NCBI GenBank assembly: GCA_963755915.1
Contig: CAVWLP010000003.1
Coordinates: 1,184,001-1,248,000, forward strand
Direction: 5' to 3'
Length of the DNA: 64,000 nt
From: an uncultured Phycisphaerales bacterium
GTDB lineage: Bacteria; Planctomycetota; Phycisphaerae; Tepidisphaerales; Tepidisphaeraceae
Shown here in pieces: positions 29,577 through 40,800 of the stretch. The notes under the pieces are model-generated. The model was given only the letters and a program-made list of their open reading frames with translations, was not told the DNA's origin and did no database searches. The translations under genes and the position numbers were made by a program. The number at the start of each line of letters is the position of its first letter. Position 1 is the first letter of the stretch.

Positions 29577-29656
29577 CTAATCTGGCTTGGAAGTTGCGAA
29601 ATCCATTGGCGGGGTGGTACAAGTGCCACTCAATATAAAAGTCAACGGAGGGGTTC

Positions 29657-31775
29657 ATGCGTGTCGAGCGTTTACGGGGTAAGCCGGCTAATCGAATGTC
29701 GGCTGGATACTTTTTGGCTGAAATTCTGGAAACGCGGAGGCTCCTGAGCGCTGCGGCGCCGAGCATTTTCATCGCGTCCGACAAAACCATCGGGCAATAC
29801 ACGAGCTTCGGCACAACCGTCAATGCGGCAATCGCCAGTACCGGAACGATGGAAAGCTTCGCGGTCGCGGGGGACGATGTTTTTTATCCGACCTCGGGCG
29901 GAGTTGCGGCTTATGACTTTGCGACGGAAGCGACAACCGACTCGCTCATCGGCGGGTTAAACGGGGCTGTCGCGGTGGCTGTTTATGGATCTGATCTTTT
30001 TGTCGCGACGTCGAGCGGGACGATCGGCGAGTACACGACATCGGGGAGAACAATCAATTCATCCCTGATCACGGGCCTGGCCTCCGACGGCACGACGCAG
30101 CCGCTGGATCTGGCGGTTTCGGGGTCGGGCATTTTTGTGCTCACGTCGCAATCTGATCCGAATATGTCGAAGGTAGCGCTGGGCACAATCGCGCAGTACA
30201 CAATGTCGGGGGTTTTGGTCAATGCCTCGGTGGTTTCGAATATTGCGATCAAAGGGGGGAGCATCACGGCGCTGGGGGCGGCAATTTTTATCGCCAACGG
30301 CACGGTGGTGAGCGAGTACACCAGCGCGGGGGCGGAGGTGAGCAGCGACCTGACGCGTGGGGCGTACTTTCCGACGGCGGTAGCGATCTATAACAGCGAC
30401 CTGTATATCACGACGAACACGGGGGTGAGCGAATACACCATTTCCGGGCAGCCACTTGCTTTGAATCTCATCAACGGGTTGACGGAGCCGACGTTCCTGG
30501 CGGTGGGGGCGACGCCGGGTCCGGTCGCCCAACTGGTGTTCGATCAGCAGCCGACAGTCGATCAGTTCGCGGGTGTGGCGATCAGCTCGCCTATCACGGT
30601 GGATGTGGAAGACGCAAACGGCAATCTGGTGACGAGCGATTCTTCGACGGTCTCGATTTATATCGCGTCGGGGCCGACGGGGGCGAATCTGACGGGATCG
30701 GTTTCGGCGTCGGCGCAAGTGGTGAACGGGGTTGCGGTGTTTACCGACGTGATCCCCAACCTCGCGGGCAGTTACACGTTTAAGGCGATTGACGGCTCGC
30801 TGACTGCTTACTCCGGCGCGGTTCAGGTGATCTCGGGCTCGGTCGACGTTGCAAACTGGGGAGAGATTTCGGGGTGGGCGTATGATCCGTCAACTCCGTC
30901 GTCGCCGATTAACGTGGAGGTGGTGATTTCCGGCGGCCCGGAGCAGCCGCAGGTGTTTTCCGCGGATCAGACTGCGCACGGATCTGGAATCGGTGCTGGG
31001 ATCGGAGGATCATGGGTTCGATTACTCGCCGCCGTTTTTGAGCGTGGGGAGCCATACCATCAGCGTGTGGGCGATCCAGGACAACGGGGATGGGGTTCTG
31101 ATCGGCACGGGGACGATCGTGAGCCAGAACTCGCTGTTTGATGAAGGGTATTATTTGCGAGAATATCCGAACGTGGCGGCGGCAGTGAGCGCTGGGCAGT
31201 TTGCGACGGGGTACGATCAATATCTCCAGTATTGGCAGTACGAGGGGTTTAGCCCATCGCCCTACTGGGATGAGAGCTGGTATCTGCAGGAGAATCCCGA
31301 TGTGGCGGCCGCGGTGAGGGCGGGGACAGTGAGCTCCGGGTTTATGCAATATTACCAGTACGGGCAATACGAGGGGCGGGGCGGACTTCTTTACTTCAAC
31401 CCGGCGTATTATTTGGAGACTTATCCCGACGTTGCGGCGGCGGTACGGGCGGGGACGATCACGCCGTTTGAGCATTACCTGCTGTATGGTCAGTATGAAG
31501 GGCGGAGCCCGATGCTGTATTTCTCTGCCGCTGTCTGCGATGCGGACAATGCGGAAATTCTTAGCTCCGTCAGCGGGGAGTCACTGACTTCGGATTTTGA
31601 TTGGTTTATCGAATATGGGCAGTATGAGGGGGCGGTTGGGTCGAATTATTTCAACGAACACATTTATTTGGAGAACAATCCGGATGTGGTCGCGGCCGTT
31701 GAGGCTGGGGAATTTGCGGATGGTTTCCAGCATTGGCTGGAGTTTGGGCAGTATGAGGGGCGGACGGCGGTTTGA
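29657..31775 (+). CDS. Planctomycete extracellular protein (LETRRLLS motif) with beta-propeller-like and Ig-like regions and C-terminal Tyr-rich repeats; frameshift ~30975
   Basis: AEILETRRLLS; repeated IGEYTTSG; VEDANGNLVTSD; repeats FDEGYYLREYPNVAAAV..YGQYEGR. Confidence 0.8.
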
Positions 31776-31873
31776 GGGAATTGGCCGGTGAGGGGGCGGG
31801 GGGCAATTGTCGAACTGAATAAGGGGACGTCACTGATTGCGTAATCTGTGATTTTCCCTTTTTCGTTTCCGCG

Positions 31874-31968
31874 GTTTGTTTCCCTGGGTGAGTGGAACGG
31901 CGAGCAAGCTCGCCGGCTACACGGCCCTCACCCCTGCCCTCTCCCAGAGTACTGGGAGAGGGGGAAAG
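31874..31968 (+). repeat. Composite repeat copy B
   Basis: Same arrangement as 27972-28066. Confidence 0.8.
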
Positions 31969-32013
31969 ATAGGGGAGAGGCGGAGCAAGATTCGCCGTAT
32001 ACTTGTCGGGCGG

Positions 32014-33042
32014 ATGCAAGAAGAAGAGGCTATTTCGCGATCGAGGGTGCAGGATCTGGGAGAGCTTCGGCGGTTTTTGGTGGAGGGATTTGGGGCCAAT
32101 GAGTCGGCGGATTGTTTTGATGAGCGGGTACTGCATTGGAAATATTTTTTGCCGATTGGGGGGAGCGGCGAGTCGCGAAGCTTGATCGTGCGGCATGAGG
32201 GGAAGATCGTGGGGCATATCGGGATGTGCCCGCGGGAATTTTATGTGCCGGGGAAGGGGCGGATTTCGACGGTGCATTTTATCGATTGGCTGGCGTCGCG
32301 CGAGCATCCGCTGGTGGGGGTGACGCTGATGATGCAGGGTTGCGAGACGGCGCAGACGCAATATGGGATCGGCGGCAGCGCGCAGGGGCGGGCGATGCTG
32401 AAACAACTGGGGTATGAGCAAGTCGGGTCGGTTGGGGATTATGTTCGGGTGATTTCGCCGGGATATCGATTGCGGAAACGCGGGGGCGTGCGGAAATATG
32501 CGGCTGCGATGCGCGATGCGGGACGTATGCTGCTGCGGCGCGTAGCGGCGCCTTCAACGGAATTTGGACTGGAAAAAGTGGAGCGGTTCACAGAAGCAAT
32601 CGAACCGCTGACCCGTGTCGAATCGGGTTGCATCTACCCAATACGGACGCGGGAGCTGCTGAACTATTATCTTCAGTTTCCGCTGGGCAATATCAGCGGA
32701 TGGACGATCTGCGAGAAGAACCATCCCATCGGCTCTGCGCTGCTGGGAGTATTTATGGATGAAGGCGTGCGCGCGGGGCGGATCATCGAGTGTTTTCCGG
32801 CACCCGCGGCGCGGGAGAACTGGCATGCAGTGGTTTGGGCGCTGGTGCGGGAGCTGAAATCTCGGGATGTGGAGATTATTTCGTGTTACGCGTCTTCGCC
32901 GTGGCTGCGGGAGGGGCTGGAGGAATGCGGGTTTTATTTGCAGAGGGAGCTGCCGCTGGTGGTGCGGGATCCGCAGGGGCTTTTGCCGGGGGGGTTGCCG
33001 TTTCATATGACGCGGCTGGAGGGGGATTATGCGTATCTCTAA
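32014..33042 (+). CDS. GNAT-like (tandem acetyltransferase-fold) protein
   Basis: LHWKY..GKIVGHIG..IDWLA..; RTRELLNYYL; overlaps the deacetylase start. Confidence 0.6.
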   Translation: MQEEEAISRSRVQDLGELRRFLVEGFGANESADCFDERVLHWKYFLPIGGSGESRSLIVRHEGKIVGHIGMCPREFYVPGKGRISTVHFIDWLASREHPLVGVTLMMQGCETAQTQYGIGGSAQGRAMLKQLGYEQVGSVGDYVRVISPGYRLRKRGGVRKYAAAMRDAGRMLLRRVAAPSTEFGLEKVERFTEAIEPLTRVESGCIYPIRTRELLNYYLQFPLGNISGWTICEKNHPIGSALLGVFMDEGVRAGRIIECFPAPAARENWHAVVWALVRELKSRDVEIISCYASSPWLREGLEECGFYLQRELPLVVRDPQGLLPGGLPFHMTRLEGDYAYL

Positions 33043-34104
33043 GCGGCGGCGGCTGGCGAGGATGCTGGCGGCGACGGGGGTTTTGCGCGGGATCGAGCGG
33101 CTCTTACCGCGCAGGGGCGTTGTGATCTGGAATTATCATCGGATTGGATCGGCGGACGGAAATCCATTCGATGATGGGGTTTTTTCGGCGACGGCGGAGG
33201 AACTTGGGAAACATTTGAAATACCTCAAGCAAAACTTTCGCCTGATCACGATGGGGGAATTCTTGCGGAGCGTGGAGACGGGATATCGAGATTGGGGCGG
33301 AGCGGCGGCAATGGTGACGTTTGATGATGGGTATCGGGATAATTTCGAGTTGGCGCTGCCGGTGCTGAGGGAAGCGGGCGTTTCCGCTGCGTTTTTTCTT
33401 CCGACGGAATTTCTTGAAAGCCGGAAATTGCCGTGGTGGGATCGGATTGCGTATGGGATTAAAAAGACTCAGGTGGATCGGATTTCGCTCGATTATCCGG
33501 TGAGAGTGGAGATTGATTTGCGCGCGGAGACAACGCCCCCTCCCCGACCCTCCCCCGGAGTACCGGGGGCGGGGGAAATAATTGGAGCGGCGATTCAGCG
33601 GGTTATTGGGATTTATAAATCGGCGGCGGCGATGGACGATGGGCGATTTTTCGCTTCGTTGGAATCGGCGGCGAAAGTCGAGGTGGATGAGATCGGACTT
33701 GCACGGGGACTTTTTATGGATTGGGAGCAGGCGCGGAAACTGGTGGCGGCGGGGATGAGCATTGGGGCGCATACGCACACGCATCCAATTTTGTGCGGCT
33801 TGGGGAATCGCGGCAGCGATGGGAACTTGTTGAGTCCAAAAGGATTCTGGAGGACCGGCTAAACCTTAAGATCAATGCGTTTGCGTATCCGGTGGGAAGC
33901 ATCGGAGCGTTTTCGGAGACGACCAAAAGGCTGGTACGGGAGTGCGGGTATCGGGCGGCGTTTTCGTTTTACGGCGGGATAAATTTTCCGGGGACAACCG
34001 ACGCGATGGATGTGCGTCGTTGTGCGGTGGATGCGACGGATGAATTCGACGAGCTTCGGGCGCGGGCGGTTTTTCTGAGCGCGTTTGGGAAGTCTGTGGT
34101 GTGA
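33029..34104 (+). CDS. Polysaccharide deacetylase (CE4/NodB); frameshift ~33800
   Basis: NYHRIG, VTFDDGYRDN, IGAHTHTHPIL, then FAYPVG in another frame. Confidence 0.88.
33538..33575 (+). repeat. REP-like hairpin inserted in frame inside deacetylase CDS
   Basis: CCCTCCCCGACCCTCCCCCGGAGTACCGGGGGCGGGGG, translated PPRPSPGVPGAG. Confidence 0.75.
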
Positions 34105-34221
34105 ATTGTGCGGTGGCAAATTGGTGAAGATGGCGTGGTTGTGCGGGGGGGATTGGGGTAATGAAAATCAGTCGGAATATTCGTGATTTGGAAACAATCG
34201 GGTGGTAGATTGCGGGTCACT

Positions 34222-36964
34222 TTGCGGAAAACGAAACGGGCGAAAATTCGAGGAGTTTGCGGGGTGATTGCGCTGGCGGCTGCTGCCGGCGCGGCGGGGA
34301 TTGCGCGGGCAGGAGTGGGATGGGTATGCGGAGAACGCGCAGCACACGGCGTTGTCGGTGATTGGGTCGCAGCCGCTTCAGACGGTGCATTGGAGTGTGC
34401 CGGTGGATTTGGATCCGCAGTATACGAACGGGGTTTTGTATACGCATTACGGGTCGCCGGTGATAACCAATGACGATACGGTGATTGTGCCGGTGAAGAC
34501 GGGGGCCTGGGGCGGTTATGAGCTGAATGCGTATCAGTACAACGGGACGACGGCGAACGAGTTGTGGAGCCAGTCGACGAACTACACGCTGCCGGCGACG
34601 GGGAATTACGATTGGACACCGCCATATTCGCCGTCGCTTTCGGGGAACACTTTGTATTACGCGGGGGATGGGGGGACGGTGTATGAGCGGGGGAATCTGG
34701 ACAGCGCGGGGGCGACGACGCCAACGCAGGTGGCGTTTTACGGGTCGCTGTCGACGTATCAGGCGAATGAGGCGGCGTATAATGCGGACGTTTCGATCTG
34801 TACGCCGATCACGACGGATTCGGCTGGGGATGTTTATTTCGGGTATGAGACGACGAGCAATGCGCCTGGGGGATTGACGAGCGGGATTGCGCGGATCAGC
34901 GCGAGCGGGGTGGGGACATTTTTTCCAGCGGATCAATTGATGTCGGGGGGTGTTAATGCGGGGATGAACCAGGTGGTGATGAACTGCGCGCCGGCGCTGA
35001 GCAACAATGGAAGCAGCGTTTATGTGGCGATGAGCAACGGGAATTTCGGGACGGGGTATCTGGTGGAGTTGAATTCGACGACGCTGGCGCAAGAGGCGAG
35101 CGTGGAGCTGATGGATCCGAAGACGGGGACACCGGCGGAGCTGCCAAACGATGGGACGGCGTCGCCACTGATCGGGCCGGATGGGCAGGTTTATTTGGGG
35201 GTGTACGATGATAAGAATACGAGCCGGGGGTGGATGGAGCATTACAGCGCGAATTTGTCGCAGACGCTCACACCGGGGGGATTTGGGTGGGACGACACGG
35301 CGTCGATCGTGCCGGCGTCGATGGTGCCGTCGTATCACGGGACGTCGAGCTACCTGATCATGACGAAGTACAACAATTACGCGAGCACGGGGGGGAATGG
35401 GGAGAATGAGCTGGCGGTTTTGGATCCGAATGTTGGCGTGACCGATACTCGGTACAACACGACGGGAGCAGGCGGGGCGACGATCATGCAGACGGTGGAG
35501 ACGGTGCTGGGGCCAACGCCGGATACGGCGATTCTCAGCGAGTATCCGAATGCGGTGGATGAATGGTGTGATAACACGGCGGTGGTGGATCCGGCGACGG
35601 ATTCGGTGCTGGTGAACAGCGAGGATGGGAATCTTTACCGGTGGAATTTGCAGACGAATTCGCTGACGCAGGTGGTGAATATCACGAATGGGGTTGGGGA
35701 GGCGTATACGCCGACGGTTGTGGGGCCGGATGGGACGGTGTATGCGATAAACAATGCGACGCTGTGGGCGGTGGGGGCGAGTTCGAGCACGACGGTTTAT
35801 TCGACGTGGTATTCTTCCGTCGGGGGAAGCTGGGGCGGGAGCAACTGGAGCGCGGCTACGCCGGGGAATGCGGGGGATAATGTGACGTTTGATACGTCGA
35901 TTTCGGGGGCGAGCGTGGTGACGCTGGATGGGAACCGGACGGTAGGGGTGATGAATTTTTACGGCCCGGTTTCATATACGATCGCCCAGGGATCGGGGGG
36001 GACGCTGACGTTTAATAATGGGGCGAGCGGGGCACAGATCAATGATTGTTATGGGAATCATACGATTTCCGCGCCGGTGAGCCTGGCGGGGACGACGACG
36101 ATCGCGGTGGAAGAGACAGGGAATGTGCTGACGATATCGGGAAATATTTCGGGGGCGGGGGGAATTGTGCTGGGGAATACTTCCAGCGCGGTGAGCGCGG
36201 GGAGCGTGGTGCTGACGGGGTCGAATAATTATGCGGGAGGGACGACGGTTACCGGAGGAACGCTGATCGTCGGCGCGAACGGGGCGCTGGCGAATGGGAA
36301 TGTGGCGATCAGCGGAGGGATGGTGCAACTGGGGCAGGGGACGGGGCTGGCGAAGATGACTTCGCTGAGCATCAGCGGCAACGGAGTGCTTGGGGGCGTG
36401 CTGGATATCGTGAATAATCATACGATTATTTCGTATGGGGCGAGCGATCCGGTGGCGGCGATCGAGGGGTATATTCAGTCGGGGTATAACAATGGCGGGT
36501 GGAACGGGCCGGGGATTATTTCTTCGGCGGCGCAGACACTGACCAATGGGCTGCAATATGGCGTGGGGTGGGCGGATGGGGCAGATGGGGTTGTGGCGGG
36601 GATTTCTTCGGGGCAGATTGAAGTGAAATATACGCTGCTGGGAGATGCGAACCTGGATGGGGTGGTGAATGGTTCGGACTTCAGCATCGTGGCGGCGAAT
36701 TTTGGGCTGGGACATACGAACTGGGACCAGGGGGATTTTCTGTTCACCAGTTCGGTGAATGGGGCGGATTTCAGTGCGCTGGCGACGAATTTTGGGCAGG
36801 GGGACAATGGGGCGGATGCGGGAGTGACGGCGGCGGACGTGACGGCGCTGGATGCGTTTGCGGCAGCAAATGGGCTGCTGGCGGATGTGCCGGAGCCGGG
36901 GTGCGCGGCGCTGGCGGTTGCCTTGGGGCTGGGGGCGCTGGGGCGGAGAAAGCGGCGAACGTAG
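34222..36964 (+). CDS. PEP-CTERM protein with PQQ-like beta-propeller, beta-strand repeat and dockerin-like cassette (frameshift in signal peptide ~34310)
   Basis: [77 protein letters not shown]. Start approximate. Confidence 0.82.
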
Positions 36965-37070
36965 AATAATTCGCCGACTCTTTTTTTGAGATTCCCGAAT
37001 TTTTTGTGGCTGTGAGATTGAAGCGGCGGTTATAGTGGGCTCCTTAACTAATTCGTGGAAAGGAAGCCTT

Positions 37071-37751
37071 ATGAGCAGGTGGGCAGAGAATTGCGAATTT
37101 GGCGTTATTTTTTCGGATGAAATTGGACGGGCGGGGGGGAAAGTCACTGAGGCGATTGACTGCGAGGGGAAGCTGTTTGCGCGGTCGGTGCTGCGGCGGG
37201 CGGCGGATGTGGGGCCGGGGGATAAAGTCCGCGGGGGAGTGGCGATGATGGCATCGGGGACGGACGTTTTTGTGCATCCTTACGTGTTTCGGAAGGTGTG
37301 CTCGAACGGGGCGATCATGGGGACAGCGATTCAGACGCGGCAGATTTCGCGGGATAATTGGTTTTTGGATCCGCAGTGCGAGGGGGACCTGGAGACGAGC
37401 GTTCGCGGGGCGATCCGTGGGTGCTGCGAGCCGGAGGCTTTCCGGGCGGCGGTGGGCGGGATGCGCTCGGTGCGCGAGACGGCGGCGGATATGGCGCTGA
37501 TGGTGGCGGCACAGTTTGGAGGGCCGCAGAAGAGCCGTGCGAGAGCGCTGCCGAAATCGCTTTGGGGGGAGATCATGCGGAGATATGAGGAAGACAGGGA
37601 TTCATCGGCGTATGGGGTGATGAACGCGGTGACGTCGGTGGCGCGGGATACGGGCGATCCGGAGACAAAGTGGCGGCTGGAGGAGTTGGGGGGAGGGATT
37701 GCAATGATGGTGAGGAAGAACGTGAGAAGGTGCGAAAGTGTGAAGGTGTGA
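37071..37751 (+). CDS. Hypothetical protein, DUF932-like
   Basis: GDKVRGGV..FRKVCSNGAI..SAYGVMNAVT resembles the DUF932 RxxCxNG motif. Confidence 0.5.
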   Translation: MSRWAENCEFGVIFSDEIGRAGGKVTEAIDCEGKLFARSVLRRAADVGPGDKVRGGVAMMASGTDVFVHPYVFRKVCSNGAIMGTAIQTRQISRDNWFLDPQCEGDLETSVRGAIRGCCEPEAFRAAVGGMRSVRETAADMALMVAAQFGGPQKSRARALPKSLWGEIMRRYEEDRDSSAYGVMNAVTSVARDTGDPETKWRLEELGGGIAMMVRKNVRRCESVKV

Positions 37752-37826
37752 AAGGTGAAGAATTCCTCACGGCGGCGCGGTTCGACTAAGCTCACCGAAG
37801 TCCGTGGGCGTTTCCATGCTTGCAAG

Positions 37827-37857
37827 AAAAAGCCCGCCGGGGAGGCGGGCTTTTTTT
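37827..37857. terminator. Bidirectional intrinsic terminator
   Basis: AAAAA-GCCCGCC-GGGGA-GGCGGGC-TTTTTTT between convergent genes. Confidence 0.9.
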
Positions 37858-37883
37858 GTTGGCGTATGTGTGGGGACCGGGGT

Positions 37884-40800
37884 TTAGTTTCGCCGGCGAC
37901 GTGCCAGCAAGCCGGCAGCGCCCATCGCCAGCAGCCCAAGCGTGGCCGGTTCCGGCACGGCGGCGATCGTCGGCGCGGGTAGCCCGTTGGCGGCCGCGAA
38001 GGCGTCGAGCGCCTGCACGTCTGCCGGCGTGACCGTCACGGCAGCGCCGCTGTCTCCCTGGCCGAAGTTGGCCGCCAAGGCGCTGAAGTCCGAACCGTTG
38101 ACCGACGAGCTATACAGGAAGTTCCCCTGGTCCCAGTTGGTGAGGCCGAGGCCGAAGTTGGCGGCCAGGATCGAGAAGTCGGAGCCGTTGACGGTGCCGT
38201 CGAGATTGGCGTCGCCAAGCAGCGTGTACTTCAGTTCGATCTCGCCGCTGCTGAGGCCGGCGACGGCGCCGGTCTTGTCGTTTCCGTCGGCCCAGCCGAT
38301 GCCGTATTTCAAGTTATTGGTGAGCGTCTGGGCAGTGCTGGAAATAATTCCGGTGGTTCCGTTCCAGCCACCGTTGTTGAAGCCGGCCTTGAGGTAGCCA
38401 AGAATCGTGCCGATCGGATCACTGCTGCCGTAGTCGATGAAGAGATGGTTGTTGGTGATGTCCAACACGCTGCCCGAGGCAATCGTCAGCGAGGTGATGT
38501 TGATGTTGCTGAGGTCATGGGTGGCGTTGTTTGCAACCCAGCCACTGCCAGCCGAGGTGTTGCTGGCGAAGACGACGTTGCCGCCGTTGATGGCCAGGCT
38601 GCTGGTGGTGAGGCCGACGCCGAGGGTAAGGGTGCTGGTGTTGCTCTTGGTGAATCCGCCGGTGGCGACAATCAGGCCGCCGCCGGTGATGGAGTAATTG
38701 CCGGAGCTGTTGACCGTGACCGAAGCGGGGCTGACGGTGCTGGCCAGGGTCACGAAGTAGTGACCGGCGTTGGTGTCGTTGAAGGTGACGGCGTCGCCAT
38801 TGGCATAGGTCGTCGCGGCTGAGCCGTTGTTCCAGTTCTTATTATTGTTGATGTCCCAGGTTTGGCCATCATCCGGCGTGCTGGAACCGAGGTTGTCCCA
38901 GAAGACGGGGCCGGTTGAGCTGCCGGCGGAGACGACGAGATCGACGAATCCGTTCTGGGCGGTGGTGCTGAGGGAGTAAGTATATCCGGCCTGGGAGGGG
39001 AGGATGAAGTTGGTGAGAGTGGGAGTTCCAAAGGAGCCTTCGAAGAGCTCGTAATCGCCGACGGTGGTGGGATTGGTTCCGAAGGCGATTTGGGAGCCGG
39101 AGCCGACGGAGAGGGTCCCACCGGCGAGGATGTTGATGAGGTCGCCGGTGTAGTTACCGGCGACGACGGTAGTACCGAGGTCGAAGTCGAAGGTGGTGTT
39201 GCTGCTCGAGGCGATAGCGCCGACGTTGAGGAGGCCGATGGAACCAACACCGCCTGGGGCGATGGTGTGAGCGCCGGAGCCGGCGACGAGGGTTCCGGTG
39301 ATGGTTCCGCCGGTTGCGCCGGCGGGTGTGGCGAGGGTTCCGCCGTTGAGGGTGACGTTGCCGGTTCCGGTGGCGGAGCCGTTGGAGCCGTTGGCGGCGA
39401 TGAAGAGGCCTGAGGTGAGGGTTGTGCCGCCGGAATAGGTGTTAGCGCCGGAGATGGTCCAGGTTCCGGTGTTGTTGACGGCGAGGCCCGGGGTGGTTCC
39501 GTTGGAGATTACGCCGCTGATGGAGTTGCTGGCGGAAGTGCCGCCCAGGGTGAGGGTGGGCGTAGCCCCAGAGGAAGCGCCGGTGACGGGGCCGGCAAGT
39601 TGGACGGCGCCGCTACCCGTGATCGAGCTGTTGGACTGGACTTCGAGTTGATCGATGTTGGCGGTGAGAGTTGGGGCAACGGGAGTGGCGACGGCGGCGG
39701 GGTTGCCGATCCCGAATCCGCCGACGGTGTAGGAGCCGACGGTTGGGGCGGTGGTGTAACCGGAGCCGGGGAGAAGAGCGACGGCGCCGACGGCGGTGAA
39801 GTCGTCCTGGTTGGCGGTGACGGCCACGCCAGAGCCGGAGGAGTCGGTGACGGTGATAGTGGGTATGCCCCAATAACCGACGCCGGGGTTGGTGATGTTG
39901 AAGCCGGTGATGGCGCCACTGGAGACGATAGCGGTTGCGGTAGCGCCGGTACCACCGCCGCCGGAGATGGTGACGGTTGGCGTGGAGGAATAATTGGATC
40001 CGCCGCTGCCGGCGGCGATGGTGAAGGTGTTGTTGGTGAGACCGAGCAGGAGCTTGAGGTTAGCGCCGGTGCCGGTGCCACCGGAGACGGCTTCGAGATC
40101 GTCTGGGATTCCGGAGCCGCCGCTCGTGACGGTGTAGCTCTGGACGCCGGTGGCGATGGAGGCGGCGGTGGAGGTGTTGCTGTTGACGAGGTTTCCGCCG
40201 TTGAGGACGACGATCTTGTTGAGAGATTGACCGTTAAGATCGAGCGTTCCGCCGCTGGTGACGACGGCGTTTCCGCCGCCGCTGCCGACGATTTGGCCAC
40301 CGAAGCCGAGTGCGTTGGCGCTACCGACCTGGAGAGTGCCTGAACCGATGTTGGTAGCGCCGGTATAGGTGTTGGAGCCGGAAAGGTTGACGACGCTGGA
40401 GGCGCCGCCGCTCTGCGAGACAGTTCCCGAGCCGCTGATGACGCTGGAGACGGACGTGTTTCCGCTGAGGTTGAAGATAAGTCCGCCGTTGTTGACGATG
40501 TTTCCGGATCCGATGGAGCCGGTGGATCCGTTACCGACGCGGAGGTTACCGGCGTTGATGATTGTGCCGCCGGAGTAGGAGTTGCTGGAAGAGGTGAGGA
40601 CGAGGTCCCCCGCTCCGACCTTGGTGAGTGAGCCGACGCCACCGATGGCGGAACCGACGGCGATGGTGTTGGTTTCGGTATCGATCGTTCCACCGCCCGA
40701 GTTGATGGTGACGGAGCGGGAAACGGAGGGGGTGAACGCGCCACCGAACTGGAGGGTTCCACCGCCGAAGGTGATGGGGTTGGAGGTTGATCCGAGGTTG

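Noticed and set aside
37731-37805. Short GTGxGAAG repeats and TTCGACTAAGCTCACCGAAG element
   Set aside because: Short and single-copy in this window, so it cannot be supported as a feature.
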